IMG/VR virus record: IMGVR_UViG_3300035181_000471
Span: 124,001-188,000 of that record
Direction: 5' to 3' (one strand)
DNA length: 64,000 nucleotides
A program made the position numbers and the translations under genes. The notes below the pieces were generated by a model, which ran no database searches, was not told the DNA's origin, and saw nothing but the letters and a program-made list of their open reading frames with translations. This document shows, in pieces, positions 13,262-26,932 of this stretch (positions are counted from its first letter, which is position 1; the number at the start of each line of letters is the position of its first letter).

Positions 13262-14701
13262 TTGACCTCACCTCGCTTTAATCATACTGTTATTACACTT
13301 CTTGATGGTCGAGTCGCCATTATTGGTGGCAATGAAGAAGGAGTTCTTGCAGACATCGAAATCTTTGACCCTAATAGTCAGAAATTCACTATAGCTGGCG
13401 GAGTTTTGACTTCTTCACGCCATTCGCATTCAGCCGCGCTGACCGATACTGGAGAAGTTGCCCTCATTGGTGGAGGTACAGCCTCAATTGATACCTATGA
13501 CCCTGTAACTGATAAAGTGCAAGTGCGTAATGCCAACCCTTATCAAGATAGTGCCCTACATATTAAGTCTAAGGCCCTGAACATTGGCAATCACACCATT
13601 CTCGTTTACGGTGGGTATACAGCTAATAGATTCTACAATCCCGTATTGATTGACACTGAGACTTGGGTTTCCACAGAGATGAACACCGTCAGTCAGCATC
13701 GTATAGACTTCGCCATTCTTAGACTCAAAAATGGAAAGGTGCTGATTAGTGGTGGTTGGAATAGTGAAGGTGTTAAATCAGACATTGTGCAGTTTGATCC
13801 AGTTGATACCAGTTTTGTCACCCTGGCGTTGAATTTGACCTCTCCTCGCAAAAATCATACTATGGTTGAATACCCCAACGGTAAAGTTGGTGTCTATGGT
13901 GGTTATGATGTTAATGGTGTACCCCAGAAGACCGTAGAGGAACTAGACCTGTCTGCTTTGACAAGCACCACCAAGGGAAACCTAATTGATTCAAGGGCAA
14001 ATATGCAGTCTGTGTGTCTGCCAAATGGCTACACACTCCATGTCGGAGGCACAAACCTCAACAACTATGCCACAAACGCCTTGATGGTCTATGATCCTGA
14101 CACGATGAGCAGCGGCTACACGGGCTCGATTATGGGACTCAGTGCAAATTTAGCTGTAACCGAAATCCCTAAGGGTCTCTTGTTGGTCACTGGCGACTAC
14201 ACTGAGATACTAGACCCTCAGTCGAGTATCTTCATAACCTACCACACTACCTGGGTTCCGACTAGTGAGGAGATCCAGTTTACTGCCAATGGTGCTACTG
14301 CGGGTCTGGTATGGAGTTGTGATGTCGGTACAATTGACCAGACTGGCCTCTACCACACCCCAAATATGCCTGTAGCTGATGTTGCCTACATCACCGCCAC
14401 AAATAATGCAGGTCAGAAAGCTATAGCACACATAAACTTCCTCAAAGCGGTCGTAAACATTACAGGCCCTACGCTCACTTCCTTCAACACTCCGGCTCAG
14501 TTTAGCGCCAGTGTAGCTTACTATCGTACGATCCAAACTGTAACTTGGTCCATTGATGATTCTACTAAGGGGAGCATAGACGCCACAGGTCTCTTTACCC
14601 CCGCCCAGGGCTTCACTGGTACGGTTCGAATCAAGGGCACCTGTGACGCCAATCCGGTACACTCCTCCACCTTTGACCTAATTGTTGATCTTGCTGGCTA
14701 A
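13262..14701 (+). CDS. Kelch-repeat beta-propeller with two C-terminal Ig-like (Big2-type) domains
   Basis: TTG start with GGAG SD; Kelch repeats (PRFNHTVITLLDGRVAIIGG, PRKNHTMVEYPNGKVGVYGG etc.); VWSCDVGTIDQTGLYHTP and VTWSIDDSTKGSIDATGLFTP. Confidence 0.85.
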   Translation: MTSPRFNHTVITLLDGRVAIIGGNEEGVLADIEIFDPNSQKFTIAGGVLTSSRHSHSAALTDTGEVALIGGGTASIDTYDPVTDKVQVRNANPYQDSALHIKSKALNIGNHTILVYGGYTANRFYNPVLIDTETWVSTEMNTVSQHRIDFAILRLKNGKVLISGGWNSEGVKSDIVQFDPVDTSFVTLALNLTSPRKNHTMVEYPNGKVGVYGGYDVNGVPQKTVEELDLSALTSTTKGNLIDSRANMQSVCLPNGYTLHVGGTNLNNYATNALMVYDPDTMSSGYTGSIMGLSANLAVTEIPKGLLLVTGDYTEILDPQSSIFITYHTTWVPTSEEIQFTANGATAGLVWSCDVGTIDQTGLYHTPNMPVADVAYITATNNAGQKAIAHINFLKAVVNITGPTLTSFNTPAQFSASVAYYRTIQTVTWSIDDSTKGSIDATGLFTPAQGFTGTVRIKGTCDANPVHSSTFDLIVDLAG

Positions 14702-14853
14702 ACTCTTCATCATCTGTTTAAAACAATAGCAGTCTGGGTATTCTCTGATCAAGTAAATACCTTATTTACTGAATTATCTGCTACTGGTAAGGTTCGACTG
14801 GGGGCCTACTATTTTGTTGGAGACAACCCCCTCATTTCTTTAAAAGGGACAGG

Positions 14854-14873
14854 ACTTTTCAACTCTCTTGTGT
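14854..14873 (+). promoter_or_regulatory. candidate late promoter motif
   Basis: ACTTTT-caact-CT-cttgt-GT, ending immediately before ATG 14874. Confidence 0.45.
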
Positions 14874-19813
<4,940 letters not shown>

Positions 19814-19822
19814 GGAGCTTTT

Positions 19823-20560
19823 ATGGCAGGAAACGCCGCACCTATTTTCTCTCGCGTTGGTGACATTCAAGGTGGTGTCAACCTAACCTCCGCCGCCGCT
19901 GACTACACTGGTCAGAACATCAATAATGCCATCGTATTCACCGCTGATTCTACCAACGGTGGCTTCGTTCAGCGTCTTCGTTTCAAGGCCATTGGAACTA
20001 ACGCCGCAACCGTGTGCCGTGTTTACTATAACTCTGGCACGGGACGCCTAGCTGCTTCAATTTCAGCCGTGTCTGGAACTCCAACTGGAACCCCTAGCAC
20101 CACAGGTGGAACTTTGATGGCTGGAAACTATTTCGCCAAGATCATCGCCGTTGATCAGTATGGGTCGTTGACCGCCGCCTCTACAGAATCCGCCGCTGTT
20201 GCCGTTACAGGCACCACAGGTTCTATTGTCTGGAACTGGACTGCCGTAACCGGAGCCGTGTCTTACATGGTTTTCGTTGGACCCGTAACTGGTGGGCAGG
20301 TAACTTGGTTTACCACAGCTACCAACTCTCTCACTCAGACAGCCGCTATCGGTAACCGAGATTCTATTAACAGTATCGCAACCACCACTTTAATTGGAGA
20401 AGTAGCCCTACCCGCTACGACTGCTGCCACCACAACTTCAACCGTGGATATTGATTACCCGTTAAACATTGCCCTTCCTCCTGGCGGAAGAATTCTAGTA
20501 GGACTTGGCGCTCTAGTTGCCGCTGGTTGGAATGTCACTTGCTACGGTGGTAAATACTAA
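19823..20560 (+). CDS. virion structural/fibre-associated protein
   Basis: Thr/Ala/Gly-rich 245-aa ORF with AGGAG SD, inside the fibre cluster. Confidence 0.6.
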   Translation: MAGNAAPIFSRVGDIQGGVNLTSAAADYTGQNINNAIVFTADSTNGGFVQRLRFKAIGTNAATVCRVYYNSGTGRLAASISAVSGTPTGTPSTTGGTLMAGNYFAKIIAVDQYGSLTAASTESAAVAVTGTTGSIVWNWTAVTGAVSYMVFVGPVTGGQVTWFTTATNSLTQTAAIGNRDSINSIATTTLIGEVALPATTAATTTSTVDIDYPLNIALPPGGRILVGLGALVAAGWNVTCYGGKY

Positions 20561-20994
20561 TGGATTACATTCTCATTAAATTTGAAGACGGCACTGAAGG
20601 TTTCCAAGAAATATTTAATGGAAACATTTTAAGGACTACAGATTTGGCTGGAAATACTCTAGCCGTGGTTCAAAGTGCAGTTCTCATTAGTGCCTCTCCA
20701 ACCAAACCATCCTGGGCCTTACCTGACCCCGTTGTGGTGGACTCAACTGCCCCTCAAGCTATCCAAATTTCGAAACTCCAATTCCTTGATGCCTTCGAAG
20801 ATGACGAGTTAGAAGCCATCTACACTGCGGCTAAAAGTGTAGTAAAGATTGAAATCTTCTTAGACAAGTTCAAATTAGCTGAGTTTATTGACATTTCAGA
20901 TCCAAAACTACAGGGCGGAATTCATGCATTAGAGTCTGCTGGCTTACTTCAACCCGGAAGAGCCTCACAAATTCTAGTTAAACTAGGGGCTTAA
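20560..20994 (+). CDS. putative tail fibre assembly/chaperone-like protein
   Basis: C-terminal SKLQFLDAF...IDISDPKLQGGIHALESAGLLQPGRASQIL resembles small helical proteins found beside phage fibre genes; TAATG coupling. Confidence 0.5.
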   Translation: MDYILIKFEDGTEGFQEIFNGNILRTTDLAGNTLAVVQSAVLISASPTKPSWALPDPVVVDSTAPQAIQISKLQFLDAFEDDELEAIYTAAKSVVKIEIFLDKFKLAEFIDISDPKLQGGIHALESAGLLQPGRASQILVKLGA

Positions 20995-21975
20995 ATGTTA
21001 GATATGAACCACATTGCCTCCCAGTATGGGAATAATGTACAAATTTTTACCGCTAATTCGGCGGTAGCTGGTGTATCTTGGCAAACTTGGGTTAAACCAA
21101 GAGGAATTAGTATGGTCATGATTCTACTCTTAGGTGGCGGTGGAGCCGGGGGAGGCTCCGCCGTTGGAGGGGCTTCCCTAGCTTCCGGTGGGGGTGGAGG
21201 AGGCTCTTCCGCTCAATCTTTTGCTATTTTTCCAGCCGCATTCCTCCCTGATTGTCTTTGTATTTCAGTTGGTGTTGGGGGGATCGGCTCTACCTCCGCT
21301 GGTGGTGCTGGCGTTGCCTCTTATGTATCTGTAATCGAAAACTCTGGAACGGTAAACCACCTTCTAATGCAAGCTAACGGTGGTTCAGGTGGGGCCAAGG
21401 GTAATAACACGCCTTCCGCCTCTGCTGGTGGTGCTGGAGGAACCGTCACTACAATTGCTAACTGTCCTTTAGCCGGATTAGGTATTTTTGGCTGGGGTCA
21501 AGCCGCAACCAATGTGTCACTGGTGGGGCAGACAGGTGGAGCCGCCACAACTACCGCTGCTGGTGCCTCTCTAACTCTCCCCGTAACCGGATTGGTGGTC
21601 ACGGGTGGGACGGCTGGTGGATCTCTTGGAGCTTTATCTGCTACCGGAGCCGCTGGTGGATCTTTCGTAACTCCAGCCGGGGCCTTGTTCTTCCCATCTC
21701 AACCTGGAGGAATTGGTGGCGCTAACACTAACGCCGCTGGTGGCGTTGGCTCAAATGGTCTCAACTTCCTTAACAAGCTTTTTTATTTCTATGGTGGAAC
21801 TGGTGGAGGTGCTGGGGGTCTTGGCGCTTCCGGTGCAGCAACCGCAGTAGGTGGTAATGGGGGCTGTGGAGGTTTTGGTTGTGGTGGTGGTGGTGGAGCC
21901 GGAGGCTTCACTGGAGCCGCAGTCTCTCAAGGCGGCAATGGTGGTGACGGACTTTGCGTCATTATTGCATGGTAA
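20995..21975 (+). CDS. glycine-rich domain protein (fibre tip/adhesin-like), paralogue 1
   Basis: QTWVKPRGISMVMILLLGGGGAGG ... GGNGGDGLCVIIAW. Confidence 0.8.
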   Translation: MLDMNHIASQYGNNVQIFTANSAVAGVSWQTWVKPRGISMVMILLLGGGGAGGGSAVGGASLASGGGGGGSSAQSFAIFPAAFLPDCLCISVGVGGIGSTSAGGAGVASYVSVIENSGTVNHLLMQANGGSGGAKGNNTPSASAGGAGGTVTTIANCPLAGLGIFGWGQAATNVSLVGQTGGAATTTAAGASLTLPVTGLVVTGGTAGGSLGALSATGAAGGSFVTPAGALFFPSQPGGIGGANTNAAGGVGSNGLNFLNKLFYFYGGTGGGAGGLGASGAATAVGGNGGCGGFGCGGGGGAGGFTGAAVSQGGNGGDGLCVIIAW

Positions 21976-21984
21976 AGGACTGAT

Positions 21985-22968
21985 ATGCTAGACACCCTTC
22001 ATTTGACATCTCAGTACGGCAATAACCTACAAATTTTTAAGGCTAACTCAATTTCAGGTGGGTCTCAGTGGCAGACTTGGACAAAACCAAGAGGCATTAG
22101 CATGGTTCACATCATTCTTCTTGGGTCTGGTGGGGGAGGCGGGTCAGGCCAAGTTGGAGCCGCATCTCTAGCAGGAGGGGGAGGGGGAGGGGGAGCCGCC
22201 TCACAGTCTACTGCTTTGTTTCCAGCGATATTTCTCCCAGATCAACTTTACTTATCTATCCCCTATGGTGGTAAAGGTGGATCTGGTGGTGCGGGGGCTA
22301 CAGGCAATGGCTCTTATATTTCTGTTATTCCTGACGCTGGTGTAGTAGGTAATCATATTTTAATGACCGCTAATGGTGGTGGTGGTGGTGGCCTAGGAAC
22401 TACTGTTCCTGCTGGCGGTGCTGCTGGTGCTGCCGGTATTGTTGGAACAGTAGCTAACTCAGCGTTAGCTGGCCTCGGCTTATTAGGCTGGGGTAGGGAA
22501 GCTGGTGGTGTATCTTTAGGTGGTCAGCTTGGAGGTGCGGGAGGGACAACGGGTGCTGGCGTGTCCGTCACTCTTCCTGTCACCGGACTTTTGGCTACCG
22601 GGGGTGCTGGTGGGGCCGGATTAGGTGCGGCTAACGCCCCTGGAGCCGCTGGTGGCGCAATAACAACCCCAGCGGGAAACTTATTTTTCCCTCCGGCTCC
22701 AGGGGGTGCGGGTGGAACTATTGCACCTACCGCTGGTAGTCAGGGGGTTCACGGGGTAAACTTCCTTAACAAATTGCTTTATTTTTATGGTGGATCTGGT
22801 GGAGGAGCCTGCGGTCTAACTTCAACTCCGCTTGGAGCCGCTGGTGGACCCGGAGGAAATGGCGGTATTGGATGTGGTGGTGGCGGCGGCGGTTCAGCCT
22901 TCACTGGTAATGCCGCTGGCCTAGGTGGTGACGGTGGCCCAGGTATCTGCATTATTACTTGCTGGTAA
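21985..22968 (+). CDS. glycine-rich domain protein, paralogue 2
   Basis: QTWTKPRGISMVHIILLGSGGGGG ... GGDGGPGICIITCW; collinear with 20995..21975. Confidence 0.8.
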   Translation: MLDTLHLTSQYGNNLQIFKANSISGGSQWQTWTKPRGISMVHIILLGSGGGGGSGQVGAASLAGGGGGGGAASQSTALFPAIFLPDQLYLSIPYGGKGGSGGAGATGNGSYISVIPDAGVVGNHILMTANGGGGGGLGTTVPAGGAAGAAGIVGTVANSALAGLGLLGWGREAGGVSLGGQLGGAGGTTGAGVSVTLPVTGLLATGGAGGAGLGAANAPGAAGGAITTPAGNLFFPPAPGGAGGTIAPTAGSQGVHGVNFLNKLLYFYGGSGGGACGLTSTPLGAAGGPGGNGGIGCGGGGGGSAFTGNAAGLGGDGGPGICIITCW

Positions 22969-23664
22969 TTAATCCATATCTTGAGCGTTAATCAAAGCCA
23001 TAGGGAGATCCTTGGCGGAATAACGCTTTGCATACATATCGTAAGTAGCCGCTAGAAGCGACTCCATAGCTTCGTCATCACGAGGAATAGCAACCCTAGG
23101 CAATCTGGCGTTAGCACTCAAAAAAGCATCCCTATTAGTTTTCACGATGGCCACAGGTAAGGATTTAAGGATAGACTCAATTTGTAGTCTAAGATTTTCG
23201 GTAACCCTGGAGAACCAAATCCACCCAAGCTCCCCACGCTGGCTTTTCATAATCATCACATAGAACTTCTTAGGGTGCTGTGACACATAAGATGCATCAC
23301 TTTTTTCAGTAATGAAGGTATCGTCCCCTTCGATTTTGTTGATGATTTGAGCGGCTTGCCACCAGTAGCTAGACTTTCCGTGCCCTAACCTGTGGATGGC
23401 ACTATCTCCCTCTTCCCACACCTTCATATGTTGCCAGTGATGACAGACTTCGTGAGCGATAAGACGATCAACCGTTCTAGGATCATTCATGCACTTTTCC
23501 TGGAGCTTAATTGTCCCCTTGATAGGTGCATCTGCATTCCAGATGGTGATTCCGTCCCAATCCGATTCAGGGGAATCCTCAATCAAGACCTGAGGAAGTT
23601 CCATTCTAGAACCACCGGGGAGCATACTTAGATACTTTTTGGCAATAGCTTGTAGATCGGCCAT
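22969..23664 (-). CDS. SprT-like zinc metalloprotease domain protein
   Basis: LIAHEVCHHWQH (HExxH) followed by GHG...W. Confidence 0.8.
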   Translation of the reverse strand: MADLQAIAKKYLSMLPGGSRMELPQVLIEDSPESDWDGITIWNADAPIKGTIKLQEKCMNDPRTVDRLIAHEVCHHWQHMKVWEEGDSAIHRLGHGKSSYWWQAAQIINKIEGDDTFITEKSDASYVSQHPKKFYVMIMKSQRGELGWIWFSRVTENLRLQIESILKSLPVAIVKTNRDAFLSANARLPRVAIPRDDEAMESLLAATYDMYAKRYSAKDLPMALINAQDMD

Positions 23665-23687
23665 GTTCAGTCCTCACTTAGAATTGT

Positions 23688-23716
23688 ATATTACTCTCTT
23701 GCAATCACGATGTAAA
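23688..23716 (-). promoter_or_regulatory. sigma70-like (early) promoter of the SprT-like gene
   Basis: Minus strand TTTACA-N17-TAATAT, with AGAG immediately upstream of the -10. Confidence 0.55.
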
Positions 23717-23721
23717 GCCCA

Positions 23722-23742
23722 ACTTTCAGTATCTAAAGTAGA
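23722..23742 (+). promoter_or_regulatory. candidate late promoter motif
   Basis: ACTTTC-agtat-CT-aaagta-GA. Confidence 0.45.
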
Positions 23743-23864
23743 AGCAGGGGGTTTCAGTGAGAAAAGTCGTTTGGCTTGGCAGTCCACCCAGGATTAGAAT
23801 CGGTTCGTAAGAGTCACATGGTAACCTCAATATAGTCTCTTTTTTCCTGATAGGCGTTAGCTCT

Positions 23865-24275
23865 ATGTCAGCAGTCAAAACTTATACAGAAGTTCGTTCT
23901 TTAGTCAAGAAAGAAATTGATGCAATCAAGAAAAGGGATGGGGAGTTACCTCCAACAGCCTACATCGTAACCGAGATAGCTGTGAGGTTAAAAACCTTAA
24001 CTCCTTGGGACACTTATGATAAGGCTTATCCCCTTGCGAGAAATCTCCGCAAGGTAGTGGATGACATTATTCAAGGCAAGCCAAATTTGGAGGCTCTAGC
24101 TAAGAAGGAGTCTCGTGAAGAGATCCTAGCTTTGCTTCCAATATCGAAAGACGAGTATGATGAGCTACAAGACAACCTTGGCGACAAGAAGAAGACGAGC
24201 AAATCCGTAGATTTGTTGCCTTCAACTGTCGCCAAGAGACAAAAGCTAAAGAGAAAACTTAGGAAAGCTGGGTAG
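23865..24275 (+). CDS. hypothetical protein (basic C-terminus)
   Basis: 136-aa ORF; no recognised motif. Confidence 0.55.
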   Translation: MSAVKTYTEVRSLVKKEIDAIKKRDGELPPTAYIVTEIAVRLKTLTPWDTYDKAYPLARNLRKVVDDIIQGKPNLEALAKKESREEILALLPISKDEYDELQDNLGDKKKTSKSVDLLPSTVAKRQKLKRKLRKAG

Positions 24276-24783
24276 TGGGATTCAAGAAGTAGTAAACCTT
24301 GTCTAGCTCGTGATAAAGCTCTGAGAGTCCAGCGTTATTAGCAATCGTGAAGTCGGCACCTGTGTAAGATGCGGCGAATTTTTCAGATTCATGCTGGGTT
24401 CCACTAGCTCCACGCTCGACTAGATCCTGAATTGGAGCCTTGAGCATGACAAAGGTGAAGCCCAGCTCTCGGAGAGCTTTCTCTTCATTCTCAAACCTAC
24501 AGTCTGTGACATAGATATTGGTGTCTTCTGGTGTTTCCTTGATGCGATTGACTGCGACATTGACCCAGATATTCTGATCAATGGCTCTGCCCCATTCGGT
24601 TCCAAGCCATTGAAGAAGCATTCTATCTTTCTTTTCTGGTAGTCCAGCGATATTGTAGATAGCCTTCTGCATCTCGTAAAGAGGTGCGGCAAAGGATACA
24701 ATTGTCCCACCAAACTTCTCAATGAAGTAAGCGGCACTCGTATCCTTACCACTTCTCATCAATCCCATAAACGCTACTCTCAT
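24259..24783 (-). CDS. deoxynucleoside monophosphate kinase
   Basis: GLMRSGKDT P-loop, SFAAPL, LLQWLGTEWGR, VTDCRFENE. Confidence 0.9.
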   Translation of the reverse strand: MRVAFMGLMRSGKDTSAAYFIEKFGGTIVSFAAPLYEMQKAIYNIAGLPEKKDRMLLQWLGTEWGRAIDQNIWVNVAVNRIKETPEDTNIYVTDCRFENEEKALRELGFTFVMLKAPIQDLVERGASGTQHESEKFAASYTGADFTIANNAGLSELYHELDKVYYFLNPTTQLS

Positions 24784-24929
24784 TTTTGACTCCTTCTAAA
24801 TGGTTTAATACTCTCTGAGATCTTCTTTTTACCTCATTTGTGTGCTTCTGACATTTTTGGCACATTTCAGGTGTGTATACACTCTACCCCTAGCCCTTCA
24901 CTCCGTAGCCGTGACTTCGACTCGAAAGT

Positions 24930-26870
24930 TTATTTACAGATACCCAATTCAACCAAGAACCTACTAGGAGCCACAAATACATTACCTTTGTTGAAGTATT
25001 CCAACATAGAAGGGACACATAGAATTAGATTATCCTTCGCTCTAGTGAAGGCGACATAGGCAACTCTTCGCTCCTCTTCCACTTCCAACTCGGTCTTGGA
25101 CCACTTGTGAGGCAGCACACCCTCTACAACATTGGCGACATAGACCGTTTTCCATTCAAGTCCCTTAGCAGAGTGAATGGTAGACACGATGACCTTCCCA
25201 TCTTTGGTGTTTGGATCATCTTTCTGGTCTTGCATGGTCAACTGGAACACTAGATCGTCAGTAGTTAGGTCAGCGCCAGCCATCAAAGAAAGAATGACAT
25301 CCTTAAGCCTAGCTATATTGTTGACTTTTTGCTCTACCTTATCAGCATCTTTCTTGTAACGCTCCTTAAGGTAGTTCAGGTAGCCTGTGGCTTTGATAGT
25401 GTGTTCCAGAACCTTGATAGGATCTTCCTTCAATGCTGTCAGTTCATCTAGAAGGCTGAGGTACATGGAGAACTTAGCATGGCCGTAGACCTTAGCGGCT
25501 TTAATCATATCTCCATCGTGGTTTTCATTGGCGATGGTTCTGATCTTCTCAAGGGTTCCATCACCCACGCCTCTTTTTGGCACACCGATAGAGCGGAGCA
25601 TGGCAAAATAGTCCCTAGGATTACTGATAATTCGCATGTAGGACAGGAGATCACGGACTTCTTCGGTCTGCATGAGGCCCATAGTCCCGCGAATGATGTA
25701 GGGGATGCGATAACGAACTAGCTCAGTTTCGATGTCTCTGACCTGAGATCCAGCACGAACTAGGATAGCAGTCTCACCATATTTAACTCTGCCCTTGACA
25801 AGCTGGTTAGAATTCCAGATTTCATCAGCAATCTTCAGGGCTAGTTCTCTAGGAGTTCCGGCCTTGCGAAGAATGATGGCCCCGGATTCCCCCTGCTCTC
25901 CACGATACGACTTCATCTGGAGTGGGACTACATCAATCATGCAACGCTGGGTCTTATTAGCCAGCTTGACAATCTCAGGGACAGAGCGGTGGTTCTTCTC
26001 CAATTTATACATAGCTGGTGTGACACCTCTCCACTCTTTTGTGTATTGGTAAAGAAGATCAGGGCTGGCACCATTGAAAGAGTAAATTGACTGGGAGATA
26101 TCCCCAACTACGAAGAGGTTCTTGTTGTCGGGTCCGAGAAGCAGATTCACAAAATCCCACTGGACTACAGAGGTATCCTGGGACTCATCCATTAGTACAT
26201 GATGGAACATCTTCTGGATTGTCAGACGCCACTTTTCGTCCGAGCGACCTCTACGGACTACGAGGTGGAGCATGTCATCAAAGTCCACCACGCTCATCTT
26301 GGTCTTAAGGCTCTCGTAACCACCCCACACGGCCAGTTCGTCATCAGACATGGCATGGTAACCAGCGTGAGACACCTGGGCCTTAGCGTGGATCTCAGCC
26401 GTGTAGTCAGCCCTAAAGCCAACACCTCTGGCACGGTGGAACTGTATCTTTTCCAGGACGCTCCACTCTTTTACGATCTCTTCAAGCTTCTTTTCCTCAA
26501 TGACCTTCTTTAGAATCTGCTTTTGGTCATAGTCATCAATGGGTGTCACTTTCTCGCTCAGACCAAATCCCTGTGGGTTTCTGCGAATAGCAGATAGGGC
26601 CAAGCTGTGAATGGTTGTGATTCTGGGGGACTTATCCTCAGACACCACCGAAATTCGCTCCTTCATCTCATTCGCCGCCTTATTAGTGAAGGTCAGGCAC
26701 AAGATCTTCCTGGGTTCAACTTGCTTCTCTGCAATAAGATAGACAGTTCTTTGAGTCAACACACGGGTCTTACCACTACCCGCTCCAGCCAAACAGACCG
26801 CTGGATAGTCCATACGGTGTTCAACGGCTAGCTTTTGCTCCTCATTCAAGAGGGACGAGTCGTACTTCAT
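24930..26870 (-). CDS. UvrD/PcrA/Rep-family SF1A DNA helicase
   Basis: LAGAGSGKTRVL, LTFTNKAANEM, LMDESQD, VGDISQSIYSFNGA, LEKNHRS, STIHSAKGLEW, EERRVAYVAFTRAK. Confidence 0.97.
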   Translation of the reverse strand: MKYDSSLLNEEQKLAVEHRMDYPAVCLAGAGSGKTRVLTQRTVYLIAEKQVEPRKILCLTFTNKAANEMKERISVVSEDKSPRITTIHSLALSAIRRNPQGFGLSEKVTPIDDYDQKQILKKVIEEKKLEEIVKEWSVLEKIQFHRARGVGFRADYTAEIHAKAQVSHAGYHAMSDDELAVWGGYESLKTKMSVVDFDDMLHLVVRRGRSDEKWRLTIQKMFHHVLMDESQDTSVVQWDFVNLLLGPDNKNLFVVGDISQSIYSFNGASPDLLYQYTKEWRGVTPAMYKLEKNHRSVPEIVKLANKTQRCMIDVVPLQMKSYRGEQGESGAIILRKAGTPRELALKIADEIWNSNQLVKGRVKYGETAILVRAGSQVRDIETELVRYRIPYIIRGTMGLMQTEEVRDLLSYMRIISNPRDYFAMLRSIGVPKRGVGDGTLEKIRTIANENHDGDMIKAAKVYGHAKFSMYLSLLDELTALKEDPIKVLEHTIKATGYLNYLKERYKKDADKVEQKVNNIARLKDVILSLMAGADLTTDDLVFQLTMQDQKDDPNTKDGKVIVSTIHSAKGLEWKTVYVANVVEGVLPHKWSKTELEVEEERRVAYVAFTRAKDNLILCVPSMLEYFNKGNVFVAPSRFLVELGICK

Positions 26871-26904
26871 GGAGCCTCCTACACATAATACTCTAAGGAA
26901 ATGT

Positions 26905-26924
26905 GTTTTCTAAACCTCCAATGA
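26905..26924 (+). promoter_or_regulatory. candidate late promoter motif
   Basis: GTTTTC-taaac-CT-ccaat-GA, running into SD GAGGA before ATG 26933. Confidence 0.45.
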
Positions 26925-26932
26925 GGACCGAT

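Noticed and set aside
14785-14805. GTTCGA T-loop-like sequence suggesting a tRNA
   Set aside because: The flanks do not pair as a T-stem and no cloverleaf can be built; no tRNA was found in the window by eye.
20995-22968. Paralogous Gly-rich genes as a DGR template/variable pair
   Set aside because: Differences are not adenine-specific, both are full ORFs, and there is no reverse transcriptase in the window.
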